Source: Lama glama (Eukaryota). Taken from it: 64,000 nt of DNA. The stretch lies in NCBI GenBank assembly GCA_028534125.1, contig CM052818.1:31622001-31686000 (forward strand), in the 5' to 3' direction. Made by a program: the position numbers and the translations under genes. Below are positions 49,816 to 62,163 of this stretch, one piece after another. Below the pieces are notes generated by a model. The model was not told the origin of the DNA. It searched no databases and worked only from the letters and a program-made list of their open reading frames with translations. Positions within the stretch are counted from its first letter, which is position 1. Each line of letters begins with the position of its first letter.

Positions 49816-52795
49816 CTTAAAAACTTATTCAGACAGCAAAAGAGTTTTTCATTTAGAAAGCAGACAGTTTTTCTCAGAAAAAAGTAAACTTGGTTGACAT
49901 TCAGGTTTAAGGATCAACAGGAGTATTTGACAAAATCAATTTAATGCCATTCCCTTTATCTTCATGGATTTTCTAGCTAAAGTCCTTAACTTTCTGTAGT
50001 AAGTTCAGCATGCTGAAGATCAACAACACAAAGATTATAAAAATAGACAGTATACCCACCTGTTCCCTCCTTCTCTCCCCACCCTTATGATTTAAACAAT
50101 GTAGCCCAAATACTTCAACTCTGGAGTTAGGCTACAAGGTTCAAATCTCAGCTCTGACACTTAAAAGCTGTGTAAACTTTGGGTAAGGTATCCTCACCTC
50201 AGCTTCTTCATCTATAAAACAGTGATAGCAGTTGTGAAACTTAAAATGGAGATAACACATCTCTGAGTTGTGAAAGTTAAATGGAGATAATACATTCTGA
50301 GAATAGTGCCTGGCACACAATAAATGCTAAATGAAGGTACGTCTAGTAAAACTAGATTACCTTTTTCAACATTTCCCACCCGAACTTCCCCCTCCTATTA
50401 AAGCAAGGTTCAGAAAGGATATGAAACAAACACTATTAACTAGCTTCAGCTCCTGTTAATCACTACAAAGCCAAGCAACCAGGTAACAGAAATTACAAGT
50501 AGGAGGAAACTTAGAAACATTTTGAAGCATCCAAATTCTTAGTATCATAATTCTGGGTCTTAAAATAGGCACTTGCCTTCCCTGTAATTAATAATCCAGT
50601 TCAGATTCAGCCTTGGCAAGTAGAATTCACAGAAGGGGGAATCACACTTCCCAACCCTAAAAATACCAGGGAGGAGGATGCAGACATTGGTCTGCATCTC
50701 TAAGAACCCTCTGGTGGGAAAACACCCAGTTCACAGAATACTTTTCCTTTATAAAAGAATTGTTTCCTCAGGGCACTTCCACAGCCCACAGAACACACAT
50801 TCCACCAACTCTATCACTGGACGGGTTAAGAGGGGCTTTTCCACTGCACTAGGAAGTAGAGGGTAATAAAAGGTACAGACTCTCTCCTGCAGGGAACTGA
50901 ATATGCAGGAGCCTACTGCAGAAACGGTTAAAGGAATCTGCCCTTTCAGGGGAGGTTCCGTTTTGCAATGGTTAGGCTAAAATGGAAACATGCACATGCA
51001 GTTTGTATGTTGGGTTTTCAGTCTCTTCCCTTTCCAAAACAGAAGGAACAAAACCCAAAGGAGCTTTTAACAGTGCTGGGTTGATTATTATAATTAACAT
51101 TTAATGCTACTGTAGTCTCATCAACTATTTCATATCAATTTGTGACTAAGTTCCATCAAAAATCTACAAAGGAAATACAATTTGACCCACAAACCAATTT
51201 TCCAATTTTTTTTTCAAAGTATTCACCAAACCAAGGTTTCAGTGACACAAGAAAGCTGTGCTTTCCTCTTGTTCCCTTGCAATACCTGACCAGTTTACTT
51301 TGCTGTTTCAAATGATGTTCTGGTTGTGGAACCAGGTCTTCATTTGACAGTAACTTTTGTATCTTTGTTCTTGCCCCCCAAATCATGCATTTATTGTTGT
51401 TAAACACTTTCCAAGTTCATTATGTTTCTATAATATTTACTGTTTAGTCATCAATTGAAAATAAGACTAGTCATGTAACTCAGTGAGTCAGCTAAACAAT
51501 CTTGAATTGGTAATCTCCCTGAAACAGCTTTTGGCAAGGCAAATTCAAGATCTCTCGTTTGATGTGAGTCAAAAAAGCCTCTAACTGGATGGACTGGAGT
51601 ATAATTTAACTGTCTGTTTTTCTGATTCAGGAGTCAAGTAGCAAGTTTCAAGCCACAGCTAAGGTTCAGCTTCTAAGTTATCCAGACATTACTACACAGG
51701 ATTACCAGAGAAACTAATGTTTGTTGTATAGCCATTTAGCCACTACGAAGCCTAAAGTGATACTCTGGGAAGGATTATACTTAGTAGGACTATTTTTGCA
51801 TCTCAATATTTAGTACTAGCTTCACGTCTCATGGGCTGTTTTTTGGGAGGGTAGTAGCTAGTTTAATCCTCTTTTTAGACTTAATTTTGGCCTTATTTCC
51901 CTTCCTTTTTTTTTTTTTTTTTTTTTTTACTGTTTAAAAACCCTTTTTGCCATCCTACTACTTAAGCAGGGCAAAAGAAAAGGCAAGCTAGGCAAAGATC
52001 CACAGTGATTCAACCAGATATTTCAGAAGCAACATGTATTTTACTAATCTTTTTAGAAAAATTGTTAAAATCCAATTTAGTTTCCCTGGATAGAGTTAAA
52101 TAATTTACTTAAGTACATTTCATCAACACTCTCTCCTATACATAAGATGATTGCCACAGATAAACTTAAAAAAAAAAAAAGCCTATCAGTAGGCCTGCAC
52201 TGGGCACTGAGCTGGGTGAGAATATGATAAAGGTAGACAGCAGATCTTTCCAAGGAGCATGACATCTTACCTGGTACTCCAGTACAAACACAGAAAGATA
52301 ATGGGACATGGAAATACTTTGTGTGCCAAATTCCACAAGCTCCACCTTCTCACTATTTGTGAAGGCTGTAGGCCTTTTCCCTCCTAGGCCTGTCTGCCCA
52401 ATAGCAACCCAAAGCCTCTTCATTTTCTAGATTTAATCAATACCAATGCACTCTAGAATGCTTCCTACTTCACTCTTACTCATTTCTCACTGCCCCATTT
52501 CTGAACTCTTACAATACTTGCTAATATTTAACTTTGTACTGTTACCCAATTTCATTTGCCTATGGCCTTTTACTAAAAATTGTAAGCTTCTAAAGAAAAG
52601 ATCATAAATTCTTTGCTATTTCCTTTTTACTTAACACAGTAAAAGTATGCAATAAACTTTTTTAGAGTCCAAGACACTTCACACTTAGCACAAATATGTA
52701 CCCTGGACACACTGCATGCGTTTTTGGTCCTTCTTTGCTGGAAGACAGCTGCACTACTGTATACGCGACTGCGCAGTTAGCTAATATCCTATTAC

Positions 52796-53070
52796 CCCCG
52801 GTTACTTTACCAGCAAATCTAATTTTCCAAAAACACAAGGTTAGCCTGAGGTTACTTCAGGTTTTCCATCTGTCAAGGACATAGGAATAAAAGTCCTCAG
52901 ATTACCAACAGGGCTCTTCGAAAAGAAAAAAGTTTAAAAATAAATGAGCTGTACATCTTCCTAGACTCTCCTTGCAAGAGGACATTAATAGGTGTCCGGA
53001 TTAAACAGATCTTTGTAGTTATCTCACTTTTTCAATTCCAGCTGTAAGGAATACTCACTGTCCTGCCTAC
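52796..53070 (-). other. Candidate alternative 5' UTR exon of YPEL5
   Basis: Acceptor cctctattctacgctcctgtttag| at 53071/53070. Possible donors are CA|GTGAGT (53059), CTG|GTAAAG (~52811) and GG|GTAATA (52796). Confidence 0.4.
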
Positions 53071-53079
53071 CTAAACAGG

Positions 53080-54720
53080 AGCGTAGAATAGAGGCGGCCA
53101 GAGCGCGCCTACCCTCCCACCTGCGAGGAGAGCAAGGACGCGGGACTTGCCATGGGGCAGCAGGCGGCCAGGCTACACCAGCGCCCCATGCGCACTGCCG
53201 CAGCCGCCTAGGCCCCTCAGCCCCGGCTGGCCCCAGCTGATTGTGGGCACGTGACGCCACGGGCCAATCGGGAGGGGCCGGGACCCTAGCGCAGCGCAGC
53301 TGGGCCTCCTCCGGCACAACAAACACGGGCCGGAAACAGCTGAGCGGGCGGCCCCGCGGCCCTGGACGCCCGAGGGCTGCCCAACAGTCGCGCCACGCCC
53401 TCCGCCAAGCGGGCGGAGACCCCTCCCTCGGCCTGGGGGTCTGCCGGGGTGCAGGACGGCAGGCTGGCGGACATCCACCCTTTGCGGGGCAGCAAACAAA
53501 AGCCAACAACGCTCCCCTCCCGTGGCAAGTGCCAGTCGGCCGGGGATGTGGCCCTTCTGAAAGACGGGCCACGCCGTGGCGTAACCACGGCCCCACAACT
53601 CGGAGTCGAGTTCCGACTTCATTTTGGGGCTGGGGTCGCAGGCCTCCGGGGCGACCGCGGCGGCGCGGAGCCTGGAGAACGCCCCCAACACGGCGGTGGG
53701 GCCGTGGCCCGTGGGGGCGGGGCAGCCGAGGCGGCGGGGTCGCTGGCCAAACTGCCTGCCCAGGGGGCACCAGAGGCCTCAGCTGCGACGTGCAAGAGCC
53801 TCCGGGGCGGGAGGGCACGGGCCCCGAGCTGGGGGTCGCGGCTGTTGAGGCTGCGCCGGTCGCGCGGCGGGGGCGGGCCGACGGCAGCCACCGCGCCTGG
53901 GCCTCACAAAGAGGAAACAGGCCAGCTCGTCGGCCCGCAGCCCCGCCGCCGGGGCCTGCCCAGAGGGGCCGGGGACGACCGCGCTGGGACCCCAGGGGGA
54001 GCGCGCCGAGGAAGAGGCACTTCCTGCCTGGGCCCCCCGCCCCGGGCCGATTCCCGAGTGCTTCGGGACCCTGACCCCGAGGGACACCTCAGCTCTCACC
54101 GGGTCCCGGACCCAGCCCCCGCCCTCCTCACTCACCCTAAGCGGCTGTGAGAGCCTCTGACGCCTACGGCTCTTCGCTCCTCAGCTGGAATAAAGACCCT
54201 CGGCCACCCGAGTTTCCAGGTTTAGTCAGGCCCTGGCCTTGGCCCCGCCTCTCCCTGGTTGGGCCTCAACGTCAATCACCAAGCGTAGCTCCGCCCCCCA
54301 GCAATCGGCTCTCCCGGTTGGCCCAGAACACCCTTCATTTCTAGGCCACGCCCACTCCCGGGCACCCTGCCCCTTCCGCTGGGCCCCTCCCCTTCCCTGG
54401 CTCACCCTCCCCCACTCCTGCTCCACTTCGAGTCGCGGCCCACCCCTCCCAGAAGCCGCGGACCCAGGGCAATCTCCCGGCAGCTAGCCCCGCCCCTGAC
54501 CCGGACTCTCAGAGCCAATCAAAGAGGCTAACTCTGTCCCCTCTCCCAAAGCGGCCAATGTGGAGAGACCTAAAATCCAGCCCCTTCCCAGCTGAGAGCG
54601 CACAACACAGCATCCACGTGAGTCAGCTTCTTAAAGGCGACCGCTCAGCCTTTCTAATTGCGGCTGCTGTGAGACATCGCGCGTCATCAGCGTCACCAGG
54701 TGGTGGCTGGGGCCTAGTTT
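53080..54720. promoter_or_regulatory. YPEL5: CpG island / YPEL5 promoter
   Basis: Very GC- and CpG-rich. GC boxes lie near 54290 and 54490, CCAAT boxes near 54514 and 54554, and CACGTG (54615-54620) overlaps TGAGTCAGC (54619-54627). Confidence 0.92.
54136..54260 (-). other. YPEL5: YPEL5 non-coding exon 1 (5' boundary approximate)
   Basis: Strong donor TAGG|GTGAGT at 54136/54135 inside the CpG island, directly downstream of the GC-box/CCAAT cluster. Confidence 0.7.
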
Positions 54721-56999
54721 CCTGAGGCCCAGTGATAACAAATGAAAACAAGAGGCTGTTTTTTAGAGGCGGAGCAGGTCACTACTTAAAAGCACCATGT
54801 AATTTCTTTGAGATTGCTTACTTTTGCCCCTCCTTATAGAGTGCCACCTTTTACTTACAAAGCCCAAACCGTTTGAGTCTGGGCATATAGAAACTCCTAT
54901 AGAAAGATTTTTCAAGTGTGTCTGAAAACACTCTCTGAATTTTTTCTTTGTAGTGGAAGTGATTATCAAAACGATGAAAAAATGCAGTCTTCTCCATGGC
55001 AATTTTTTGCCTCAAAGTCTGAGATTTGTTTGTTGAAAAGGGTAGTTAATTCTCTTAACCGTCATCAACGCTTAAGATGGAAGGTTTTGCCTCTCATTAA
55101 ATTATAATTTCCTCAGTAGTTACATTAATGATCTTTGGATGACTGTCAGGATAAAGCAGAAATGTCTGACGTCGCCACAATGCTTTTACATCCTTACTAT
55201 AATTCTGAATTTTAACCAGTGACAGCTGAATAAGCTTTGATCTGAAAAGATTTCATCCTATTGAATTCACAGAAAGCCCTTTGTTTTGGCAAAGGTTGTA
55301 ATTATATTAGCAATCTTGGAGGTGGCTCATGGCTAGCAAAATTTTGACCTCTGCAGATGTGTTCTCTGGCTTCAAAATGGACTTTGGGGAATGGGCAAAC
55401 TAATCACTCACTGGAAAGAAGAAAAAAAAAGAAAAGAGAAAAGAGCCCACTGAGATACAGGATTTCAAAGATTTCAAATAGTGACTACACAGTAGACAGA
55501 AACATAGATCAGTGCTTGTTTATCAAATTGTAAACAGCCTTGTTTTTCCCCAGTGCCATGGCCATTGTGTTCCATTGTGTTCCTAGGAAACCTCATGTCA
55601 TTTAACATGTACCAGGCAAATAGGGTTAACCATACCCACTGTGACAGCTCTGTTTCACTAGCACAGCTTAGCTCAGTGGGAATTCTGCAGAAAGACTTCA
55701 AGCAGGGCTGAGCTGTGTCTTTCATGGATGTGCCATCTGAATTTCAAGATGAACATACCATGAATAATAACCAGTGCCTTTTGGTGATGGTACACAGAAG
55801 TATAATACACTGGCAGCTTTTCTTTTCTTTTTTTGGATTTTCTCAGAGCACCATTATGTCAATGGGTTTTTTTTCTCTCTAGAAATCATTGAGAAATACT
55901 AGGATTTTCTTCTTTTTTCCAGTTTTTGAGTGACATATGTAGAAGATAGAGTAGATCATATGTGGTATTTTGTGTGACACATGAACAAATTGAAAACAAT
56001 GACAAACTTAATAAAGGTAAAGAGAAGGAAATGACAAGGGGGAAAGATTTTTATAATTTATGAAGATTTGAGGATTTTTTTAAACAAAAAGAAGCATCAA
56101 GAAGTATTTAGTGAGGTGTTCTTCATGAAGTAATGTTTTATATGGTCCCAAATAAATCAGAACAACAATAACAATGATAGTACTTATATAGTATTTACTA
56201 TGTGCTACTCAGTATTCTAAGTATTTTATCCATATTTTAATTTATCCTCACAACAACTTTCTGGGATGGCTTCTTTCGTTATCCTCATCTCATAAAAAGA
56301 TGGCAATACTGAGGCCATAGAAAAGTTAAGCAATCTGCCCATGGCACACAGTAAACAGTGGAACCTACATAGCCACTCCAGCAGTACAGCTCCAGAGCCC
56401 AGGCTCTTAACTGCTTTGCCACACAACCTGATAAATAATTTTTCCATTTGCACAGAACTTTGCATTCTAGAAGACTGTTAGTTATACACTCACTATCCCT
56501 TACGTGTAAACGGTATTTTGCAGGTCAAGACACTGAGTCTCAAAATGACTCCAAAAGTCACAGAGAGCTAAGCACGTGGCAAAGGCTGGATTCAAATACA
56601 GGTCTTCTGAAATGAAGCCCCTATTTATTCTCCCAGCCCATAGTTCTCTCTTTAAAGTCAGGAAAGAACAATTCTACTTCTTTGAACTTAGTCTTTGCAA
56701 ACACTTATCCAAGGGTGCAAGAGTATATGTAAAAGAGAGTTCTTTCAAGCACTATTTGTAATACCAAAACCAATCAAACAAACAAAACAAAAAACCTGGA
56801 AATGATCTAAATGTCTATGAGTGGGGAAATAGTTCAATAAATTATAGTTAAACATGGTATGATGTTAGGATGTGATTTATATGCACTGACATAGAATGGT
56901 GTTTGTGTAATATTTTTAAGTAAAAAGAGCAACTTAAAAAGAGTAAATAAAGCATAAAACCATTATTTTTTAAAAAAAACCTGGATACATATATATGTT

Positions 57000-57880
57000 T
57001 TCATTCCTCCATTCAATAAATAATTACTGAGCATTTACTACGTGCCGAGCACTGCATTAGAAACTAGGGATGCAGTGCTGATTAAGATCAAGTGTGTGCC
57101 ACTCATGGGTGATGGACTTTAGTGAGAGAGAAACTGAACAAGGAAGTGATTAAATACCTGCAGGTTACTGTGAGTGCCTTGAAGAGAACTAAGCAGTGTG
57201 TTGGGTAGGGGTGAGATGGCTATTTGAGGTGGTGTAAGAAGGGATATCTGAGAAGGAGCACCAAGCTACTGAAGGAGAATGTCCCAGAGGGGACAGAAAA
57301 TTGAAGGCCCCTGTGTGGAAGGGGCTTCATATATCCAGAAAGACTAGTGAACCTGGGGTGTAGGGATTGAAAGGAAGGGGTTTGAAAGTGGGGAAGAGCA
57401 CATGGGGGCATTTAGGTATAGAGTTTTATTCCAAGTGTAATGGAAAGTCAGTGAAGTCACTTAAACCTTGTTTTCATTTTGCATCTTAAAACAATTCCTC
57501 TGATTGCTGTTGGAAGCATGGAGATCAGTCAAAAAGTAAATGTAGTAATCTAGGTGAGAGTGGATGGTGGCTTATACCGTGGCTATGATAGCAGACACTG
57601 TGAAAAATGGCAAATTGGGATAGTTTGAAAACAGAGTCAACAGGATTTACCGACACAGTGGATGTGGGGTGTGAGGGAAAGAGAGGAACCAAGGCTGACT
57701 CCCAGATTTTAGCCTGAGCAACAAGATGAATGTTGGGGTCCTTTAGTGATAGGAAAAAACCTGGGCCTCAAAGAATGGGTTTGGGAAGAGAAGGTGGGGA
57801 AAGAATCATTTAAGCCCATTTTGGACTTAAATTTGAGATGCTCAGTTGGAATACAAGTAAAGATAACAAGTTGGTGATTG
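57000..57880. mobile_element. L2 LINE 3' fragment
   Basis: cattcaataaataattactgagcatttactacgtgcc...gatgtggggtgtgagggaaagagagg. Confidence 0.75.
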
Positions 57881-58869
57881 TATATTCCTTGTGCGTGTTA
57901 CCCCGCTGCGAGTTGACAGGAATTAGAGAGAGATGAGGCAGGACTTACACTTTTTTTCCATAAGCGTCTGGGTCTTCTAAAAAGATTTTTTTTGTTTGCA
58001 ATAAAATTCTGTTTCTTTGACAATTTCTAAAATTCAAAAGAGAAGATGTGGAATATAAGTGGAAATATGAGCTTGTGTAAAAGAGAGAAAGGTCTCAAAA
58101 GAGAAACATCAGACTGTGAACAATGATAACCCTTAAGCTATTTAACTTTGACCCCTATGTACTGATTTACTTTTTAAATAAAGAGTCTGTAAAACCTGTG
58201 TAGTTTTAAAAAAAGAAGTCAGTGCAGTTAAATATGGGTTATGATCTCTGCAACCTCTACTTCCAGCAGGAACACAGGAGCACCCCAAGGTCTCAGTGTT
58301 CCCCTCTTTCCTATCCATTTTATTCCTGCTCTCCTCTGCCTGGGATTAATAACTGCCCTGTTCATGAGAAAGACTCATGCCTGTGTTTAAATTTATTGGT
58401 TAGTAAAGAAAATCCATCTTTCTCTTTGATAATAAATGCCACATCCACAAATCCGAAATTTTAACAAATTCAGTTTATGGCACTATAGAGTTGAAGGAAA
58501 CTGAAGATTACGTAGCCAAACTCTCATTTTCACAAGAGGAAATCGAGGTTCTGCAAGAGAATGATTTTGTCGCCCCCTCTGGTGGGTTATTAGAGTGGTA
58601 GCACAGTCTCATGGGGCACACTGCCACTCTGTAATCAGTCAGACCCCCATAGTATTCTCATCATCAAGGTATCATGGTCCTTGAATTCCTCACCAGAACA
58701 TAATAGCAAAAACTGGGACTAAGCACTGGGGAGGATGCATCAAATCTCCCCACCCCATAGTAGATGGCATGGGTCTAGTAATCAGACGTGCTAAGCCCCA
58801 GCCAGGTTGTCCCTCCATCACATAGTCACAGATTCTCTCTGTGGGTCAGTTCAGGTCCTCCAAGAGGAG

Positions 58870-60125
58870 GCTCACTGATTTTTTATAGTCTTGTATATTC
58901 TGCTGTAAGCCCATCCATTGGTGTTTATTTGTTACTGTGTGATTTTCAGTCCTAAAATTTCCGTTGTTTCCTCTTTATGACTTCTATTTAGATGCTTTAC
59001 AAATTTTTTTGTTGTTGTTTCAAATGTGCTTATAATTGCTCACTTAAACATTTTTATTGTGGCTGCTTTAAAATATTTTCCAGATAATTCTAACATCTTT
59101 GTCTTCTCGGTGTTGGCATGTATTAACTGTTTTATTTCATTCAGTTTGAGATCTTCCTGGTTGTTGGTGTGATGAATAATTTTCTACCGTAAGTTGTTTA
59201 TTTTGTGGTTTTATGTTTTGAGACTGAATCTTGTATAAGCCTTTTGTTTTAGCTGGCTTCTGCTAACACCACTCTGGCAGGTGTCAAATAAAATCTAGTG
59301 TGGGCAGATGAAGGGGGAGCTGCTGCCTCATTTTGCCAGGGGTAGGGTTAGAAGCCCAGATTCTCCACTCAGCCAACCTCCTTTGACACCTGAAGGGGAG
59401 GAGTCCTCTTTACTGCTGCAAAGAGGTGGGTGTTCTAGACCCCCTTCATGACCTGTATTATACAATTGTGAAGGTCCTGACTCTCCACTAGGCCTCCTCT
59501 TAGCCTCTGACACCAGCCCACCGATGAGAGGAGGGGAGGCCTCATTACTGCAGGATGGAAGTAGAAGTCCAGGCTCCCCCTGTGGTCTCCACTGACACAT
59601 GTCTGGATAGTGGGGGGTGGGGTGGGGAAGGAAAATAGGGAAGTTCTAGCTTCCATGTGGCCTTCTCTGACACCACCCTGGAAGGGGGCTTGGGCACCCT
59701 GTTACAGTCTGGTGAGGGTAGAGGTCTAGTCTCCCTTTGCTGGTGAGGGTGGGGAAGGGACCACAGTTTTTTCCAGTGGTATTTGGCTGGAGTTGAGTGG
59801 TTATTGTCTGAAAGATTCTCTTGCAAGACTGTACTTTTCTTGGCTGGAGAAAGAAGGCTTTTGGTGCTGGATTTTTTACGTGTGCTTGTTTCCATTTATG
59901 AGTTGCAGGCTTCATCAGCTCTAGGTCTGGGATAGATGAGGCAAAAAGGAAACTCAAGACACTCAGTGAGGTCATTCTTTGTGTCCCAAGATCCTTAGCT
60001 TGTCTTTCTTCTTCTCTCCACCTTCAGAGTCTTTTGTTTGTAATATATAGAATGTCCAGGGTTTTTAGTTGTATTTAGCAAGACAAATAGGGAAAAGTAT
60101 CCATCCTCCTAGAAGCAGAAGCCCT
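58870..60125 (-). mobile_element. Old L1M 5'/ORF1-region fragment
   Basis: tttattgtggctgctttaaaa...gataattctaacatct...ctctgacaccaccctgg...aatagggaaaagtat. Confidence 0.7.
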
Positions 60126-60269
60126 CTTGTAACATTTTTAAAAAGTAAAATGTAAGAATGAAGTAGTCTAGTGTCAGCTCAGTCCTTTGTTTCCTCAGGA
60201 AGCCCCCAGGCCCTGAAGTAGTGACTGCACTGGGAGAAGTGAGGAGGGGAGGAGGGGAGGCTTCTGTCC

Positions 60270-60682
60270 CAGGCTGACTCCTCCTGGAAGCAGGCTCTGA
60301 GATGGAGCTATTGCGTAGGAAGGCCAGTAGGGGGCACCGGGGAAGAGAAGGGAAGGGAGCTGGATGGCGTAGATGGAGATGTCAAATTCCCATGGAAGCC
60401 TCAGTCCACCTGACAGAGCATTCTGAAGATGGGATGGACTTTCAGAGCTGTCCTGAGTTGGGAAAAGAGGGTTAGGCCTTTATACCCCTACAGGCATCAG
60501 TCACAGGATGTGGGTCATCCCAAAAATGGATGTGACTTTTGGCAGGTCAGCTTTCTTCACTGAGGTCACCCGTGGAGGGGCTGACAGCTGAAGGTGGTCT
60601 GCTGACAGTACTCCAGCAGCTGGGAAACCAGTCCTTCATCCTGAAGGGCACTCTGGGTGGCACATCACAGCTTTGACCACAT
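60270..60682. mobile_element. MLT1/ERVL-like LTR relic
   Basis: ggaagcaggctctgagatggag...ggcctttatacccc...catcagtca...ctgaagggcactctgggtggcacatcacag. Confidence 0.6.
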
Positions 60683-61698
60683 GTACTTCCCTGCATTGAG
60701 TCAGTGACAGAGAGCTCTGATCACTGTCCTTAAGTTGTAGTCAGATCTGGGGGTTGTTGGTTCCCATTGATTTTCTCTCATTTTGATCACTGTTTTCAAG
60801 GGTAAGCCTCAGACATGGGAAGTTTTCTTTGGACAAGGAGTGCAGAGTTCTTACCCTGTCCTATCCCACTGTGTCTGGCTCCAGCCAACTTTGCTTCAAT
60901 TTCAACTCTCTTGCTGTAAGATGGAGCTGCCACCTTTAAAGACATCGTTGCTTATAGTATTAATAATATGAGTATAATTTATTGAGTATCACCAGTTTAT
61001 GACAATTTAAATATTTTATTTTATTGCATGCTCACAACCACTCAGTGTGGTAGGAATTATTATTTGGCAGATGGGGTAAGAGGCTCAGAGAGATTAAATA
61101 ACTTGCCCCAAATCTATAAGCTACCAAGCAGAGTCAGAATCAAACTCTTGTGCTTCTCCCATCATTCTGTGCCATCTGCCTCCTGCTCACCAGGGTACCA
61201 GGCTGCTCAGCAGAGCCATTATTATGTATGCAGCACACTCACTCTACTCTCTGTACAAAACGAGACTGTCAGATGCAACTTCAGTTTTAAAAATAATTTC
61301 GGAGAAAATACTTCAAAATATTTACTTTGGGTGTCCCTAGACTGTTAGGGCTACAGGTGATTTTGTTTTCCTCTATACTTTTCAGTGTTTTCTAAAAATT
61401 TTGTAAGAACATATAGGTATAAACAGGAAGAAAGCCTCTTTAAAAAGAAATTAGTCCAGCAAAATAGACTGTTCAAAAGTGAAGCCAGCTGTCAGTGGGC
61501 AAAGTGTGAAAAAAAAAAACAGGGTCCAAGAATAGACAGAATTTATATACTCTGCCCTCATCTGTAGATTTTGATTCCATTTATGTACTAGATGAGTTTC
61601 TGAAATGTTGATTCTAAATCAGTGTTTTTTAAGTTGAAGCCTATTATAAATAGGATAGGGAAAGTACTTATATAAGTAAATACTGTAGTAATTTCCTT

Positions 61699-62163
61699 TG
61701 TAAAGAGTAGAAAAAAGATGTTTCCTGCCATATCAGTAAACAGAGGATGTTGCAGCCTTCAAGCCATCAGCCACTGCGCAGCCACCATCCTCCCCCAACT
61801 GTACACCCTGAGGGGATTCAGGATGGAGAACAGCAGGAAGCTGGCCTAGATAGTTAAGGTTCATAACAAAGGAATGATTTCAATGAGCTTAGACTGTTGA
61901 ATTTTCCCACACATAGAAAAGCGCTAAATTAATTAACTTGAGATGTCTATCTGGTTTTTCTTTAATTAACAGTAATCTTTTGATGTTCTGACTCTCTGGT
62001 TTTTGTTGCAAAAACCCCTGTATATCCTGATTTCTCCCTTCCCTCTTCCCAACATTCCCTCAGAACTATCTGAGAGACTGTTTCCCAGGCTTAAGTCCTT
62101 AGTATGTGTGCTGAATGAAACATGATTCTCAATTTTAGGTTGTGCATTTTTTTCCAGTCAACA
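61699..62163 (+). mobile_element. Lineage-specific ERV solo LTR
   Basis: TG...CA ends, cctgtatat TATA-like motif and a 3' end ttttaggttgtgcattttttt..cagtcaaca resembling cetartiodactyl ERV LTRs. No TSD found. Confidence 0.7.

Noticed and set aside
53024..54150. Long ORFs of 172-277 aa on both strands
   Set aside because: Overlapping, R/G/P/A-rich frames caused by stop-codon scarcity in the CpG island. No recognisable domain.
58570..58586. CCACCAGAGGGGGCG CTCF-like motif (minus strand)
   Set aside because: Spacing does not fit the core in either register. Weak without ChIP evidence.
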